From positions 216,938,001-217,002,000 of the forward strand of contig OZ024743.1 of NCBI GenBank assembly GCA_964016885.1: a DNA stretch of 64,000 nt, written 5' to 3'. Source of the DNA: Eledone cirrhosa (Eukaryota). The position numbers and the translations under genes were made by a program. Within the stretch, counting starts at the first letter, position 1. Each line of letters opens with the position of its first letter. The notes below the pieces were generated by a model. The model worked only from the letters and a program-made list of their open reading frames with translations, was not told the DNA's origin and made no database searches. This document shows, piece after piece, positions 39,568 to 54,424 of this stretch.

Positions 39568-41146
39568 GAGAGAGATACGTGTGTGTATCTAAATAAATAT
39601 ACACATGTAGATAAATACTTCCATATATACATAAGTTCATATATTAGCTTCTAAATTATATATATATACACACATATACATCATGCATTTAACACATCTA
39701 TAGAAGCATGTACAAGGCGGCAAATTGACAGTAACTAATTCCTGGTCCCTGCGCTCAAATCTCTAGTCAGTAAGATTTTCCTTTCATCCTTTCAGTGTCG
39801 ACAAATAATTTAGGAATAACTACGTTCTTTGGTTGATTTTTCTGTGTGTGTGTGTATCCCCCCCCCCCCCACCCGTATATCTCTCTAAGGATATCACTAA
39901 GTGTCTTATTTTCCAGGATTGACTCAAGGGTCTATGAACTTATAGAATCCGCCCAAAGGTGACAAGATGCACAGCACCGATCGGTTAAATGGTATAATAA
40001 TAATATCGACAAAAATAATTCTAATGAATACTTTTATTTGCCAAAAGGGAGTCGCATGAAGGAGTTATTACACGGACAGTTTACATAGTGAAGTGGTTTG
40101 CATATAAATCGGATGAGTTAAATATAAACATACATGTATAAAATACAATACACGGAGTCTAGATACACACATGTATTAGCCCTTATGCATATATATATGT
40201 GTGTGCGTTTGTATCAGCTTGTGTGAAAGCAACTATGTATATACTCAGACTGTGAAACACACATTTACATACCTACATAACCAAACATGCATACGTATTG
40301 TTTTTGCCAACATATATGTGTGTACGCACCTTTGTTTTGCCAACATATATGTATGTACGCAACATTGTGTCTTTATATACATTGCATACATATAACAACA
40401 ATTAATTACGAAAATAGAAATGATGCTTCAAGACATTTAGCAACCACACCTGCTATAGTAGAGTGACAGGTTTCTCAGGTGCGCTCTTTATATTCGTTAG
40501 GAATTATAGAGGGTTATTTTTTTTGTGTTTGTTTCCAAATGGTAAATGCATGAAGTTCTTGTTACTGTGTGAAATAAGTGCATGATATATACAATCGTCC
40601 GTTTTCTCACATACTGCTCATGTTGCCACACTATACATTCTCATGTGCATATACTTGATAAACATACTCATGCAGAGGAGTAAATATGTGTGCATGCGTA
40701 TATGCATGTATGCATATATCCGTGCATGCATTCAAGTCATTATTCCTCGGACGTTGGAGTATATCGCCAACCGTTTCTTAATAAAAACACTACAGCTTGT
40801 GCTGAGTTCTGAGATACACAAACAGAGATACACAATCTGTTTCACGAACGTACTCAATACCATATTCGAGATTAATATTTTTAAGTCTGTAGCTTCTCTT
40901 GCTTAATATAGATAATTCACAGAAACTCACAGACACAGACATACACTCACACACAGACACACACTCACATTCTCTCTCTCTCACACACACACACAGACAC
41001 ATACATTAAGATAATCCGACAACACCATCATTAATAATGAATGTGATCTGAAGGGCTTTACATTAACAACTGTATCGCTACGTTGTTGTGTGTAAGTAGG
41101 TATATACACTCTACAACTAATAAACACACACACATTCCCCCCCCCC

Positions 41147-41205
<59 letters not shown>

Positions 41206-41341
41206 GTGTTAAACAAGATTCAATGAGTACATCAAAGAATGAGTTTTACAGTAGATTGGAAGCACTCTACAGTTGATATTTTCCGGAGTTATTAATATTA
41301 ATTCAAATATTAACAAAATAGATGTTCTTGTGATCAATTAA

Positions 41342-41406
41342 ATGTTATTATACATATTTCAGAGGTACTGAATTAAGTTCAACAGTACGTCCTCATCAGA
41401 TAAAAT
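41342..41406 (-). ncRNA. Hammerhead ribozyme, family H2
   Basis: AUUUUAU-CUGAUGA-GGACGUACUG..CAGUACCUCU-GAA-AUAUGUAU-A-AUAACAU; same helix I and core context as 23317-23387 but a different helix II sequence. Confidence 0.78.
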
Positions 41407-41519
41407 AAAATGATACATAACATACCCTGACATGTTAGATGGTTAAGATTTAATCAAGGTAGTCTACCTTGATTAAATCTTAACCATCTAACATGTCAGG
41501 GTATGTCATGTATCATTTT

Positions 41520-41584
41520 ATTTTATCTGATGAGGACGTACCGTTGAACTTAATTCAGTACCTCTGAAATATGTATAATAACAT
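41520..41584 (+). ncRNA. Hammerhead ribozyme, family H2 (inverted copy)
   Basis: Mirror copy of 41342-41406 with one substitution in helix II. Confidence 0.75.
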
Positions 41585-41627
41585 TTAATTGATCACAAGA
41601 ACATCTATTTTGTTATTATTTGAATTA

Positions 41628-41658
<31 letters not shown>

Positions 41659-42136
41659 AACATATACAAACATGATTTACATACATTTTTAGTCCTGCAC
41701 AAAATATTTACTGCTATTTATAAATATTTTTGTGCGCGCGTATGCGCTTTGTATATGTTTGTAATTATTTGTGACATACACATAAACACACTTTCATATA
41801 TGTATATCATGTAAACATATTTTCTTGTACACCCCACCTCCTCGATATTTCTATATCGAGGGTCTGCTGAAAGACCATGATGCTCTCACGGAATAACTAA
41901 CTGAGGTTTATTGTTCAATATTGTCCCTGAAAAGAAACGATGTAGTTATTAAGTCCCAGCTCTATCATCCCTTCTTCATAGTCAATTTATGAACTTTTCA
42001 GCCGACTCTCGTATGTTTGTAATTATCTCTGAAATACATACAAAATTCTTTCATTTATGTATATCAAGCAAATATGTTTTCTTGAACACAACTCTACACG
42101 ATATCTCTATATCCTTTTATGAAACACGCACACGCG

Positions 42137-42187
<51 letters not shown>

Positions 42188-42579
42188 TCACATACCCTCA
42201 CACATTCACATACCCTCACCCACACAGACATATATATACTCACATCGGAGCGGTTGACTTAAAAGCATTAATAAAAATCTGAAATTTGAAATATGAGATA
42301 CTTCTCAATTACCATAATAGTAGACACCACTCATTATAAATAACAGTTGAGAAAATCGGGTGGAGTCCCCTAGGAGAAGCAAACAAAGTGAACAGAAGTG
42401 CCGTTCATATATTTTCCGGTTCATTTCCATCAGCACAGGTTAAAAAACTTGGAACTCCGGTCCAACGAAACGTACGCTCCTGGTATGACGCCGAAATAGT
42501 TACTGGCATTATAAGTTATATCAAAACTCATCCTAGGGACTTCAGTTGCTCGATACCTTGGATATCTTTACCAAACTAT

Positions 42580-42588
<9 letters not shown>

Positions 42589-42674
<86 letters not shown>
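42589..42674. repeat. (GA)n microsatellite
   Basis: Read directly. Confidence 0.95.
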
Positions 42675-42678
<4 letters not shown>

Positions 42679-43577
42679 GTGGGAGCCAGTCCTGCTAGAA
42701 ATAGCAGCTGAATTTACTTTAAATAAAACAGGAAACAGAGTGAGAGTGAATTACTTTGATAATGAAAACCTGACTTTGACCCAAACAACAACATGCATAT
42801 ATACGCATTAACATAACCTATCGCGCAAGGATAGTGCCTCTACGTGGTCTCTCATCCTATTAGATACAGCAGCCAAATCTCCTTCGTATCACACCAAGTC
42901 GATGTAGTCCTGGATATTCATAAATGGAAGGGTTACGGTTGAAATGCCTTCAAACAGTATATGCTTGATTAGCGTTGTTTTGGTATAGACAACAATAACG
43001 ACAACAACATGTAACCTGACTCGATAACAAAACAACTTTTGTGGTGGCTCGACCTGGTAGAAATAGCAGTAAAATTACTCTTAAATTTTAGTCCTCAAAA
43101 CAAGAAAGTAATGGGTGTGTTGAATGTGACACTGGATTCCTTGCACATAGGAAAAAGACGGAATAGTCATGTTTAGAAAGCTTTTCATCATAAGCCGTTT
43201 CGATCCGGTTTGAACCGATTCTAAACAATAACACCAACAACAACAACAACAAACTCATACTCATCAACATCAACTAGAACATTAATTAACAACCTGTAAA
43301 TATGAATAAAATATTGTATTATACAAAGAAGCTTCCTTTTAAAACAGGAAATGTGATAACTATTGGAATAAATGAGCGATGGAATTATCATTAGCACTAG
43401 ATAATTTCCAATATCACTTCTATTAAAATCCTAGATAACACTCACACCTGTTTTGTTTTGGTTTGTTTGAATTAAATTTCAATGCTGTTGCAGCTGTTGT
43501 TGCAGGCATTGGTAATGTAAAATATTTGATGCAAATTGATTATGTTTATCTATTTATTTATCATTTATATCTATTTA

Positions 43578-43624
<47 letters not shown>

Positions 43625-44300
43625 CGTATGTATCTCTATTCATTGTATTTTGTTGATGCTGCTTTCAGTTTCTGTTATTCTTGGGAACTAAACTAAATGT
43701 AGCTGTTCTATTAATAGTAGCCTAAATATAATAGTCTGTTTTTCTGTCTATCAATTCATATGTATGTATATGAAGTCTGCTGTGTCTCAGTCGTTTTTGT
43801 CAGTCAGTCTATCTCATACACTCTGTACATCACATCAGAGCAATGTTTATGGGTGTTGCTTGATGTTTTTTGCCTTCTTTTACTTTTACATTTTTACAAT
43901 CAATACATGTTGGTTTGTGATGTTATTTAGTCATGTTCTTTAGACTCGAGATCATTCCATTCCAGCCGTGACTATCTCATTTATATTTTAATGGCATTGT
44001 ACATGTAAGACAACTTTATTCCCTGTTTAAGATGTTGATAATAATGGTTTGTCTATATGAGGGTTAATAGAGGGAGGCCGCTAATTCTAGCAGGTCAAGT
44101 GAGAGCACCCTCTATTTTTCCAATCCCCCATCTGTGTATGTGTATGTGTATATATACATATATATGTGTATATATTGTGTGTGTCGTATATTGGTCATGT
44201 CAAAGAAAGGAATATATTTGTTTACTGATTCTAATATTATACATTGTTTTGGAAATATGACGTTTGAAGGAATCCCCCAATTAACAATATCAAACGTTGG

Positions 44301-45170
44301 GCCGCCTGTGAGACGTGGGACCGGCTGGGACTTAGCCCAGTAGACGTCCCTCCTCCTTATTTCCCTGTTGACGTCAAGTCCCCGCAACGCACATGGGATG
44401 CCATCCAGTGCAGCCTGGCCTCAGACAGGCTCGCGCGCCAGCTCGACCAGCACTTCCTTGCTTGTTTTCGTGCGGCCTCCAAACCACACAGTGGTGCCTG
44501 GCTCCATTCCCTGCCCTCCTTCCCCACTGGCACACAGCTAGACAACCATAGCCTGAGCATCGGCGTTTCCCTGAGGCTCGGCCTGTTGATCTGCCAGCCA
44601 CACCAATGTCGCTGCCGTTCCACCGTGGACTCTTTCGGCGTCCACCCGCTTTCCTTTCTCCACAGTGTCGCCCGCATTCCACGCCATGCTGCCCTCAACG
44701 AGGTCATTAAGCATGGCTTGGAGCCTGCAGGCTTCCCTTCCCAGCTCAAGCCGGTAGGGCTGGATCGCGAGGAACGGCAAAAGGCCACATGGCATGACCA
44801 TCTTCCCGTTCCGCGGTGGCAAACCTCTCGTCTGCCATGCCACTTGCACCGACACTTTCTGCAGCCGCAACCTAGTGCAGTCTGCGACTGGCCCAGGTTC
44901 TGCTGCAGGTCGGGCAGAGGAGGCCAAACTCCTCAAACACCGGTCACTCACCGACAGGTTTGCGGTCGTACCCCTGGCAGTGGAGGCTTCTGGTGTCCTC
45001 GGCCCCCAGGGCTACCTCCTTACTCACCACAATAGGTGCTGAGCTGGCCAGCCACAGGTGTCAGCCCTGCGAGTTGGAGTGGCTTTTCCAGCGCGTCTCC
45101 CTTGCCATCCTCCGGGTAAACGCCTTCTCCATTCTGTCCGCGGGGGCTGTGGGTGGGGCCCATCGGGTAT
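44301..45170 (+). mobile_element. CRE-type non-LTR retrotransposon 3' portion (zinc-knuckle-like and restriction-like endonuclease region), frameshifted
   Basis: GC-rich island. Across frames it reads QRTWD, CQPHQCRC..VD.FGVH, RHAALNEVIK, P.GLDR, MTIFPFRGGKPLVCHATCTDT, AAGRAEEAK, PLAVEASGVLG and ELEWLFQRVSLAILRVNAFSIL, the motif order of CRE-clade RLE C-termini. Confidence 0.82.
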
Positions 45171-45381
45171 CAGGCCGATAAATAAAGTACCAATCCAACA
45201 TTGGTGTCGATTCTCCACCCACCTTTTCTCTCTAACATTAAGTAATCTGCTATAATGAGTTGTAGTTGTAAAATTTTGTTTATAACTACTGGCAATGTAT
45301 AATAATATCAAACTTGAGAACAGTTATGGTTTTCATATATGTTGGAAAGAATGTAATATTAATGCATATATGTATGGAAAC

Positions 45382-45441
<60 letters not shown>

Positions 45442-46772
45442 AGGTGTGTGTTTTGGTCCTCTGTCTATGGATGTGTCACACATAAATGCAACTACCCTGT
45501 CTATATGGATATGAAATTGTATATATATATATATATTTGTGTGTGTGTGTGTTAATGTATAAATATATATATAAATATATATTTATATATGCGCTCATAC
45601 ACTTACTGTTCTATAACTGCTACACATTTGGCAACTCTTTTCTATTTGGTGCAATAATCGATATGACATTTATTCTATCGCCTCGAAGCAGCCTGGACTT
45701 TAGAAAATGAAATTGGACTTTCGCTGGGTTTGAACTCAGGATGCAAATTAACAGAAATAACTGTATGCTTAAATATATGGCGTTAGGAACTCTTTCAACT
45801 TTCCCTATCATAGCAGATAACTTATTGTAGGCAACAATACAGAGTGATATACTTTCGCAAACATACACACTGCCGCACTAACACAAACACAGGCTCAGGC
45901 GTGGACACATCGTTACATATACGTACAGGCATGCACACATATTCATGTGGTGAGGTGCTGGTCTCTAACAAGCGAGACTATTTTCGTTAAACTTGATACC
46001 GTACTTGTTACTTCGGGAACTTCGGAAAGCGCATAATATGTATTGATATTGATAGTGCACCATTTAACGAAAATATTTACACCATGAGGTAAACTATTAT
46101 TATTTTCAATATATATATTTATTGTATTTATTTGTTTATAAGTGTAAATGTATAAAGTTAATCGTAAGTGTCTATGTTTTCATTGAATATAATTTAAATC
46201 ATTGAAATATATTGTTATTCACTTCATTGTGGAATATAACATGGATCTCCGTCGATTTCGACGATGAGCGTTCCTCGCTCTTCAAACAACAAAACAGAGC
46301 CTCCTCATGAAAGTAATATGCGTGGGACTGATTATTCTACTGAGACGTGTACTGTTAACGTATTTTCAAAGGAGATTCAGCCTGAAAACATCTGTGACAC
46401 GATTGGCCAGTCAAATTATATGTAGATACCACTCGAATGGATTTTAAACATTTTCCGTCAACGCAACTTTACGGGTAAGGCCCATGACTTTGGTAAATCA
46501 CATTTGGCTGAGATGCCATGCAATAGCACCGAACCAGGTTTGCAAAACGAACCTCTCAACATTTCCACTATGCTGCATCCACACATTTCGTTGCATATAT
46601 ATACTTTTAACATACATAAGTAGACAAACAAAGACTCACATATATTTACACATACGTTACTTATAGACATACGTATTCACTATACATAACATACATTATA
46701 CATGTTGCTATATTTCAGGAAGGGAGCTGTTTATGTATATACACATGTGTGCGTATTTAAGTGTTTGTGTTT

Positions 46773-46830
<58 letters not shown>

Positions 46831-47277
46831 GCGTGTGTGCGCGCGTGCGTGCGTGTATGTGTGTTCTGATGTGGAAATATATGTAGTGTATGTAATTAAA
46901 CTTCTCAGCGTCATGACAGTAACATTTTGTGTATGTACGCGTTCTTTCATACATTTATTGCTTTCCATTCTATTAGACTCTCGCCATTATGGGGCCCCTT
47001 GTACAAGGTGTGACTCTCAATTATTCAGACGCCAGTATTTTTCATGGAACTTATTTTCTTGACACCCGAAAGAAGGGAAAAAGAAAAGCAAAGTTAGCAA
47101 TGGTTGTCAAATTATTTTTGTTGAATGTTCTACTGGCACTGTCATCTACCAAAACCTTATATATATATATCCGTCTGTAGTTGACGGCCGTGAAAAAAAG
47201 AGTACTCAATACCGAAGTAGAGTGTTAATATCAATAAGATATATATATATAATATATGAATATATATATATATATAT

Positions 47278-48014
47278 AAACGGAAAAAATGAAACGAAAT
47301 TTCATTTCCCACTCTTATTACGGCTGTTACTTAAATATAAGTATGTACACGTACATACATATATGTATACAGACGTACAGTAGTATGTATATATATATAC
47401 ATACATGCACACACATATATATATGTACGTATGGATTCACCGAACATTTATTATAATGCTCGGTGTGTTTGTAAACAAACATCCCGTATTAAACCGTAGT
47501 GTCTAGCAACCATCGTTGCTCGTTTGTTCAACACTGACAAAGGAACGCTGTACTAGTTTCAAGCTTATTAGCTATCGTCAGCAAAGTATACCTTCCTGCC
47601 AGACTGTTGAATGTATATTACCTTATGCATATTAACGGCTGAGTAGCCCAATTTGCATATCGAGAGGGTTAATCGGCCGGGTGCACCGAAAACGATAAAC
47701 GGAAAAAAATGAAACGAAATTTCATTTCCCACTCTAAGTACGGCTGTTACTTAAATATAAGTATGTACACGTACATACATATATGTATACAGACGTACAG
47801 TAGTATGTATATGTATATACATACATGCACACATATATATATGTACGTATGGATTCACCGAACATTTATTATAATGCTCGGTGTGTTACAAACACATCGA
47901 GCATTATAATAAATGTTCGGTGAATCCATACGTACATATATATATGTGTGCATGTATGTATATATATACATACTACTGTACGTCTGTATACATATATGTA
48001 TGTACGTGTACATA
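47278..48014 (-). mobile_element. Family H3 element: 419 bp unit, partial tandem copy (47697-47887) and inverted copy (47891-48014), in (TA)n
   Basis: AAACGGAAAAAATGAAACG at 47278 and 47697; palindrome 47762-48014 centred on 47889; the unit contains a hammerhead. Confidence 0.88.
47548..47584 (-). ncRNA. Minimal hammerhead ribozyme with palindromic helix III
   Basis: UUG-CUGACGA-UAGCU(AAUA)AGCUU-GAA-ACUAGU-A-CAG: intact core, U/U at the base of helix II, self-complementary ACUAGU, GUA triplet, 3 bp helix I. Confidence 0.68.
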
Positions 48015-48054
48015 TAAATATATATATATTATTGTTATTAACACTCTATAATAA

Positions 48055-48118
<64 letters not shown>

Positions 48119-49795
48119 GTATATATATATATGTATATATGTGGGTATAGGTGTGTATGTGTGCATATAGATATGTATGGACATGTGTGGATATGATTAT
48201 GTGCATATGTGTAAATGTGTATTTAGGTTTGCATCTATTTGTGCGTATGTATATTTTTGGTTGGATATCAATACCTCTCTCTATATATAATGTGGATATA
48301 TGCACATTGTAATCTATGAAATATATGTGTTTTAACTATGCCAACATGTATTTATCTGAGTTTGATTATTTATGCATAAACATACTTGATAGTATTTTAG
48401 AGCGTATCATATGCTATATTATACTAAGTGCAATTTACCACACCGTACTATATTGTGTTGGTTAAGTTGTATATTATCGCATTACTGTATTTCATTATCT
48501 TATTATAATTTTCATCTTTTATTATACTATCTTTCCTAGCCATAACCTTAATTTATATTCACCTAAAAACTCAATACAACACTAATCACCATTTATTTTG
48601 ACATTCTTTTTAACTTCACTATACCAGATACATTCAACTATCAGTTTGACAATCCTTTTCCTCCTAATAGATTTTTATGCCAATTCTACTATTAACACCA
48701 TTCAACCATTCCTTTCAAAGGGTCAACTAAAGTGTATTACTTTTCATCTTAACACTATATGAAAAAAACAATTTGATTCGTTAGTTATTCAACGTCCTCC
48801 AAATAAGGACATGATACTATTATACTACTAATTCTGAATAAAGTTATTATTGAATAAAATTATTATTGCTTTTGAAAACAGCTGGTGATATGCATGTAAG
48901 TAAATATTCTCTTTATCTGATATTTTGTAACTAACCTTACATAGATCAATAACGGAGTATAGCTACAATGTATTATCATCATCTAGAAACGATCGTAAAG
49001 CAGTGAAGTATATCTCTAAATACTTGATTTTTTATTTAATTGTTTTAACTCATATATATATATATGTATATCATATATATATATATCTTATTGATATTAA
49101 CACTCTACTTCGGTATTGAGTATTCTTTGTTTTACACCCCACCCCCCCACACACACACATACACACACACATATATATATATATTCGTTTGAAAGTTGAA
49201 CGGCGTTAGAGTATCCGATAGAATGCGAGAATGTTTTCAGACATATCTGCTCAATTTCGCTACGCAGAAAGTTCAAATCCTGCCGATGATCAATTATTTA
49301 CGAGATAAAGAACTAGGGGTTGTTCTTTATCTTTCGCATATTGGATCGCAGGTGATTGTGAAACAAGGTACATACAACCAAGTCAACATCATAGTTGGTC
49401 GAGATCAACTTTGGCTGATATCCTTAAAATAAATATCAGTCTGGAATGGAATTGTTAAAACGTTTGACAAAATGCCTTGTTGTATTTATCCCGAATCTTT
49501 ACGTTCTGGTTCCACCTGCCACATCAACTGTCCCAAGTTTTATCACCATTTGCCTTTTACATGGTGAGAATAGGTGAGATTTTGTGCATAGGCGGTTGGT
49601 TATCTATAGACAGGCTTACAGCCTGGTGAGGAACTTTGCAGGTGCAATTACATAGTCAGAAATGGCAACAGTTTCATATGTTATTTTGCTGGTTTGATCC
49701 TGTCGGACGAGAAAACAAAAGTGAAAGTTATAAACAATTTTGTTTTACTTGGCACTACATATTCTATTTAACACTGTCCCTCCCTTCTATCTATC

Positions 49796-49900
<105 letters not shown>

Positions 49901-52554
49901 GGATATATATATGGATGTGAATATTGACTTTAACGTATATACATTTCACTATGTATATTCATCTCACCCTAATTGCCCCCTTTCTCCCTCTCACTCTCCC
50001 TCTATCACTCTCACTATTTACTCAAATGGCATAACTACTGTTCAATGTCCCATATAACGTTCTTAATAATGCATTTTTTTTTATATAATAATTCACGGCG
50101 ACACATTATTGAAGATGCTGCTTAAGGCTATATTAAAATTTGAAAATTATTTTTTGTTTTCCATAATTCACTGTGGCAAAAATAACCTTACTCTTCTCCA
50201 GAACATTTGTTGTATTTTCCTAATTGATAATTATTTATTATCATGAGTTTGAAAGGTGTGGTAAAGTATTTTAAGCATTTCTCAGTTTACTCATACAGAT
50301 CGAAACTATTCGGTACATGAAAGCGTTAACAAACAATATTGAAAGTCCATAAAAAAATCAAGTTTATTTGTTTCTTTATTCTATCAATATAATCGTAATG
50401 TATATGTTCGAAAACGTATCTTTGGAAAATATAAATGAAAGTTATATGGAAACAAATTTGAAACGGGTTGAAATAAACATGATTTATGCAATGAATTGTA
50501 GAAAATTTTTTTTATCTTATAACGGATATTTTTATGAAAGTGTACACCTGAAATTGTATTTTTCTGTTGTTTCGATACTATTCCTATATGCACGTGACTC
50601 TTTTGAAAATGTATTATATGTGTAAGAAAAGTGTGTGTTGCAGTCGTTCTTCTTGTCTTTGTTGCTTAATTTTAGTTTTGCATTGATCCAGCAACACTAG
50701 TTTTATCAAACGAATTCCTATCGTAATTAGGTATACCTGTAATAATTTGTTAGGAAGTTCGTTTTAGAAGCACGTGTTTCTGGGTTACACTCACACACCT
50801 ACACGCATGTATAGGTGGCTTCTTAAGTATTGAGCAGTTTATGTGAAATATGTACCACTCTGTTGAAAGTTTATGCTTTTGAACTTATTTGCAGTACAAT
50901 TACCTGAATAATACTCACGTGTAACGATTTGTTGGGTTACATGTTTCATATAAGGCGAGGAATTGGCAGTGTCGTCAGAACGTCGGACAGAATGGATTGC
51001 AGATTTTATTTCAACTCACTGTTCTCTGTGTTCAAATCCCACCGAGGTCACCTTCGCCTTTCATTCATTTGAAGTCAATAAAATGTGGGATCAATCTTCC
51101 TGTATAACTCTTTCTCACTTTCTATCCTTCTCTAAAAGAAATATTCTGTACTCAGGTCTGTAGAGAAGATGGCCTCCACCAGGTTTTAAATGTCCAAGAA
51201 ACGCCATAGGAGTATGTCAATACGGCGTCCCTACGACTCACCCCGAAGTTACGGAACCATACAATTTCATGTTTCATCTCAACTTATATTAACTACGAAT
51301 GCCGAAAGAATGTAATCGTCTTTGATGACAGGATCTTTAAAATTTCTTCCTTCCTAATGGCTGCACACCCCCGTTGGGATGTTATTATTTAGCTCGAAGA
51401 AAATTTGATGAAAGACATTTTGTAGTCTTATCTCGTCTGGTTTAAGTATCTAATTTCATATCTACCTAGCGCTTTAAAATGTTGCTTCACATGACATATT
51501 GGTTAAATGTTTTTCACCATAGACTCGGATGAAACGAACCCCTTTGAGTGAAATTAGGTAGACAGAATCTGTGTGGAAGCCTCGTCTCTGAGATTGCACC
51601 TGTAACATGTCACACATTATCACACCGAATCTTCCTCAAAATGATATTAAGCGTACATGCGTGTGGTGTGCATTGACAGTTATGCATTAATTTAGCTAAT
51701 AGGCGGGTCATTTTTTAATCGAACAGCATGAACACTAATCCTTGAAACCAACGGATATCCACTAACAGTTAATGGATCCAATGTGTCCTTGCTTTTAGAT
51801 AGTAAGATGTATTTTGAAAGAGATCTGGCTACTGCTTCTTGCAGGTCAAGCGACTATGCAGAAACTCCCATGTTGTAAGTGTTCAAATACATGAGTGAGG
51901 AGGAACAGAAATCTTTGTAGGAAGTTTTGATTATAGAAAACCATAGTGGCCATTATTATAACGAGAGACGAGTGTACTAGAGATGATCGATTCCTGAAAT
52001 AGTTTTGTAATGATAGAGTAGCAGACAAGGAGAGCTCAATTTATACATGCTACGTTATAACTAACTTCCTGTCAGATTTCTCATCCAATTTGTTGGTGAC
52101 AAGTTGAAGTCTATAAGTGGGCAGCTTTCTGAGAAACGTCTGTATGCCAGATATATAAAAACCCTTGTTGATATCAAGACCAATAACTTCAAGATCATTA
52201 ACTTCTAAAGAAGTGGTCATTAACGTAGAGACATAAACGACATCTGGAAATGTAAATTACTACAATGTCTGAAACTAATCGACAATAAGTGTTGACTGTA
52301 TTTTATGATAGAGTTACCTGGTAGGTCTCATGGTTGATTTGAAAACAGTCAGTAATCTTAAGACATGACCGTATTTTTGAAAGGCATAACCTATTTATTT
52401 GAATTGATAATGATCTAACGAGAGAATGGAAGGCCAAAAGTTCTTTGTCTCATTTCGTATTCATTTATTGAAATAGTTTGTTAAAAGAGTAGTGAAGAAG
52501 AAGGAACGGATAGAGCACCATATTAAATAGTTTGCATTATTTAGTTACGAAAAG

Positions 52555-52755
52555 GCGGTAAATTGGCAGTATTGGTAGCGCGTCGGATAACATGATTTGT
52601 GGTATATAGTTACGGCCATTTGTTCTGAGTTCAAATTCCGCCGAGGTTATCTTTCGTTTTCATTCTTACAGGATCGATAAAATAAAGTATCAGTAACGTA
52701 CTGGGGTTTATTTTATCGATTTCTCCCGCGCCCTAAATTGTTGGTGTTTTGCCAA
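52555..52755 (+). mobile_element. SINE family A copy
   Basis: TTCTGAGTTCAAATTCCGCCGAGGT...GATCGATAAAATAAAGTATCAG. Confidence 0.7.
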
Positions 52756-52944
52756 ACACCATCATAAATATAGAAAAATAAGATTCAATCTTTTAATTAG
52801 GGTTGATTCAATCGATTACATCTTCACCCCATTTAGAATTTGAGGTATTGTAGTAATTTGAACCATCACTATTTAATAGTAACCAATGAATTAGTTATTA
52901 GTTTAAAAATTAATGGTAGACATCATGCTAATATGACGCGTCTT

Positions 52945-53065
52945 GTTCCAAGTCGACAGGATGGAGAAGATATAGCCTCGCAAGACAGCGAGAGAGATGC
53001 CCTGGAACAGCCACTCCAGCTCGCGGGGCTCGTCACTGCAGGCAGCCATCTCAGCTCCGATACCA
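52945..53065 (-). mobile_element. CRE-type LINE 3' fragment
   Basis: IGAEMAACSDEPRELEWLFQGISLAVLRGYIFSILS matches 45030-45140. Confidence 0.8.
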
Positions 53066-54134
53066 GTAACCTGGTATAATTTGGTGAATAAGTGTTTACA
53101 CAGACCGAAAAAAATCCTAAAGTGTCTATGTTTATTCTCTACCAGAATAAAGGCGCATACGGACCCCATATACACAATATCTAAATATTTTTCTTATGTA
53201 TAATTATACTGCACACCTCTCCATATACCCAGAGCTGAACCTACCATTTAGTCAGACAATAGAGAGATGCGTTACTGAATCATAAAGTATCAGTTAATAT
53301 GTAATAATATTTCGTGATCAATAAATATATCGCTAAACATCTTTGCCAGGTAGCAGTGTGGTGGAAATATTCAAGCAGTGTTGTGGAAAGGATCTTATTG
53401 AGTATGGACAATCAAATTTATAACGCATGTTTAGTAATTTTCTTAGTGTGGCCCGAGCAAGTATACTCGTAAACAAAATTCGTCAGCGTAGCAAATATTA
53501 ATTTGAATATATTTTAGTTTGTAGAATGTGGCACATAATTCGGAGAATGGGAGCATATTTCAAAAGTAGCTCAGGGCGTTAAATAGCCTGGCGCCGGCTC
53601 TGGATATACGACTTCATTTCTGAATCCTGCTGCGTTAATAATATCATGGCTACACATGCTAGTTGACTTCAACCTCCAAACATGTCTGGATATCACTTGA
53701 ATTTAAGTTAGAGCGACTGAGTAGCATAACAACTAGAACAGCATATTACTTGCCTTTCAATTGATTATTTCCCGTGTGTTCCTGAATTCAGATCATGTCG
53801 GGATTCTAATTGTTGCCCTTGAAACCCCTATATGGATATGATGATAACTACTTAAACATGCCCGGATATAGAACCAATCAACGATACTTTTCGCCTACCA
53901 AATCTTGCATTGTGACAATTGAAGAAGCCATTATTATTGTCGTTATCACTATCGAACTCTAAGCTTTCAGATTTGGTTGTCAGTCACTTTGTCAAAAATC
54001 ATTTCAGAATTCTCAATCCACTCACTTTACTCCAAACGCACTCATTCTCCTCCTACCCCTCTCATCTCCTCCCACCAAGCTCCCTTTCCATTCACCATGA
54101 TCTCTCTCTCTTCTTTCACCCCTTTGTCTCCCTC

Positions 54135-54170
<36 letters not shown>

Positions 54171-54182
54171 TCTATCTCTCTC

Positions 54183-54294
<112 letters not shown>

Positions 54295-54424
54295 GACAGG
54301 GGGGGAAGAAAAAATGGCTTCACTTATGCTTTCAACAAATTTATTTTCTTCACAAAATCCCAAAATAATTTTTTTCCGGATTAGAAAAAAAATGTTTTTT
54401 CTTAAAAAAAAATATTTTATAAAT

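Larger units (their letters stand above)
41201..41631 (-). mobile_element. (TA)n-flanked fold-back element: 168 bp arms (41295-41462 and 41464-41631), 1 nt loop, single-copy tail 41201-41294
   Basis: Palindrome centred on 41463 with ~3 mismatches; each arm contains a hammerhead. Confidence 0.92.

Noticed and set aside
52020-52400. Possible ancient LINE RT remnant
   Set aside because: Only vague motif resemblance with many stops; not supportable by eye.
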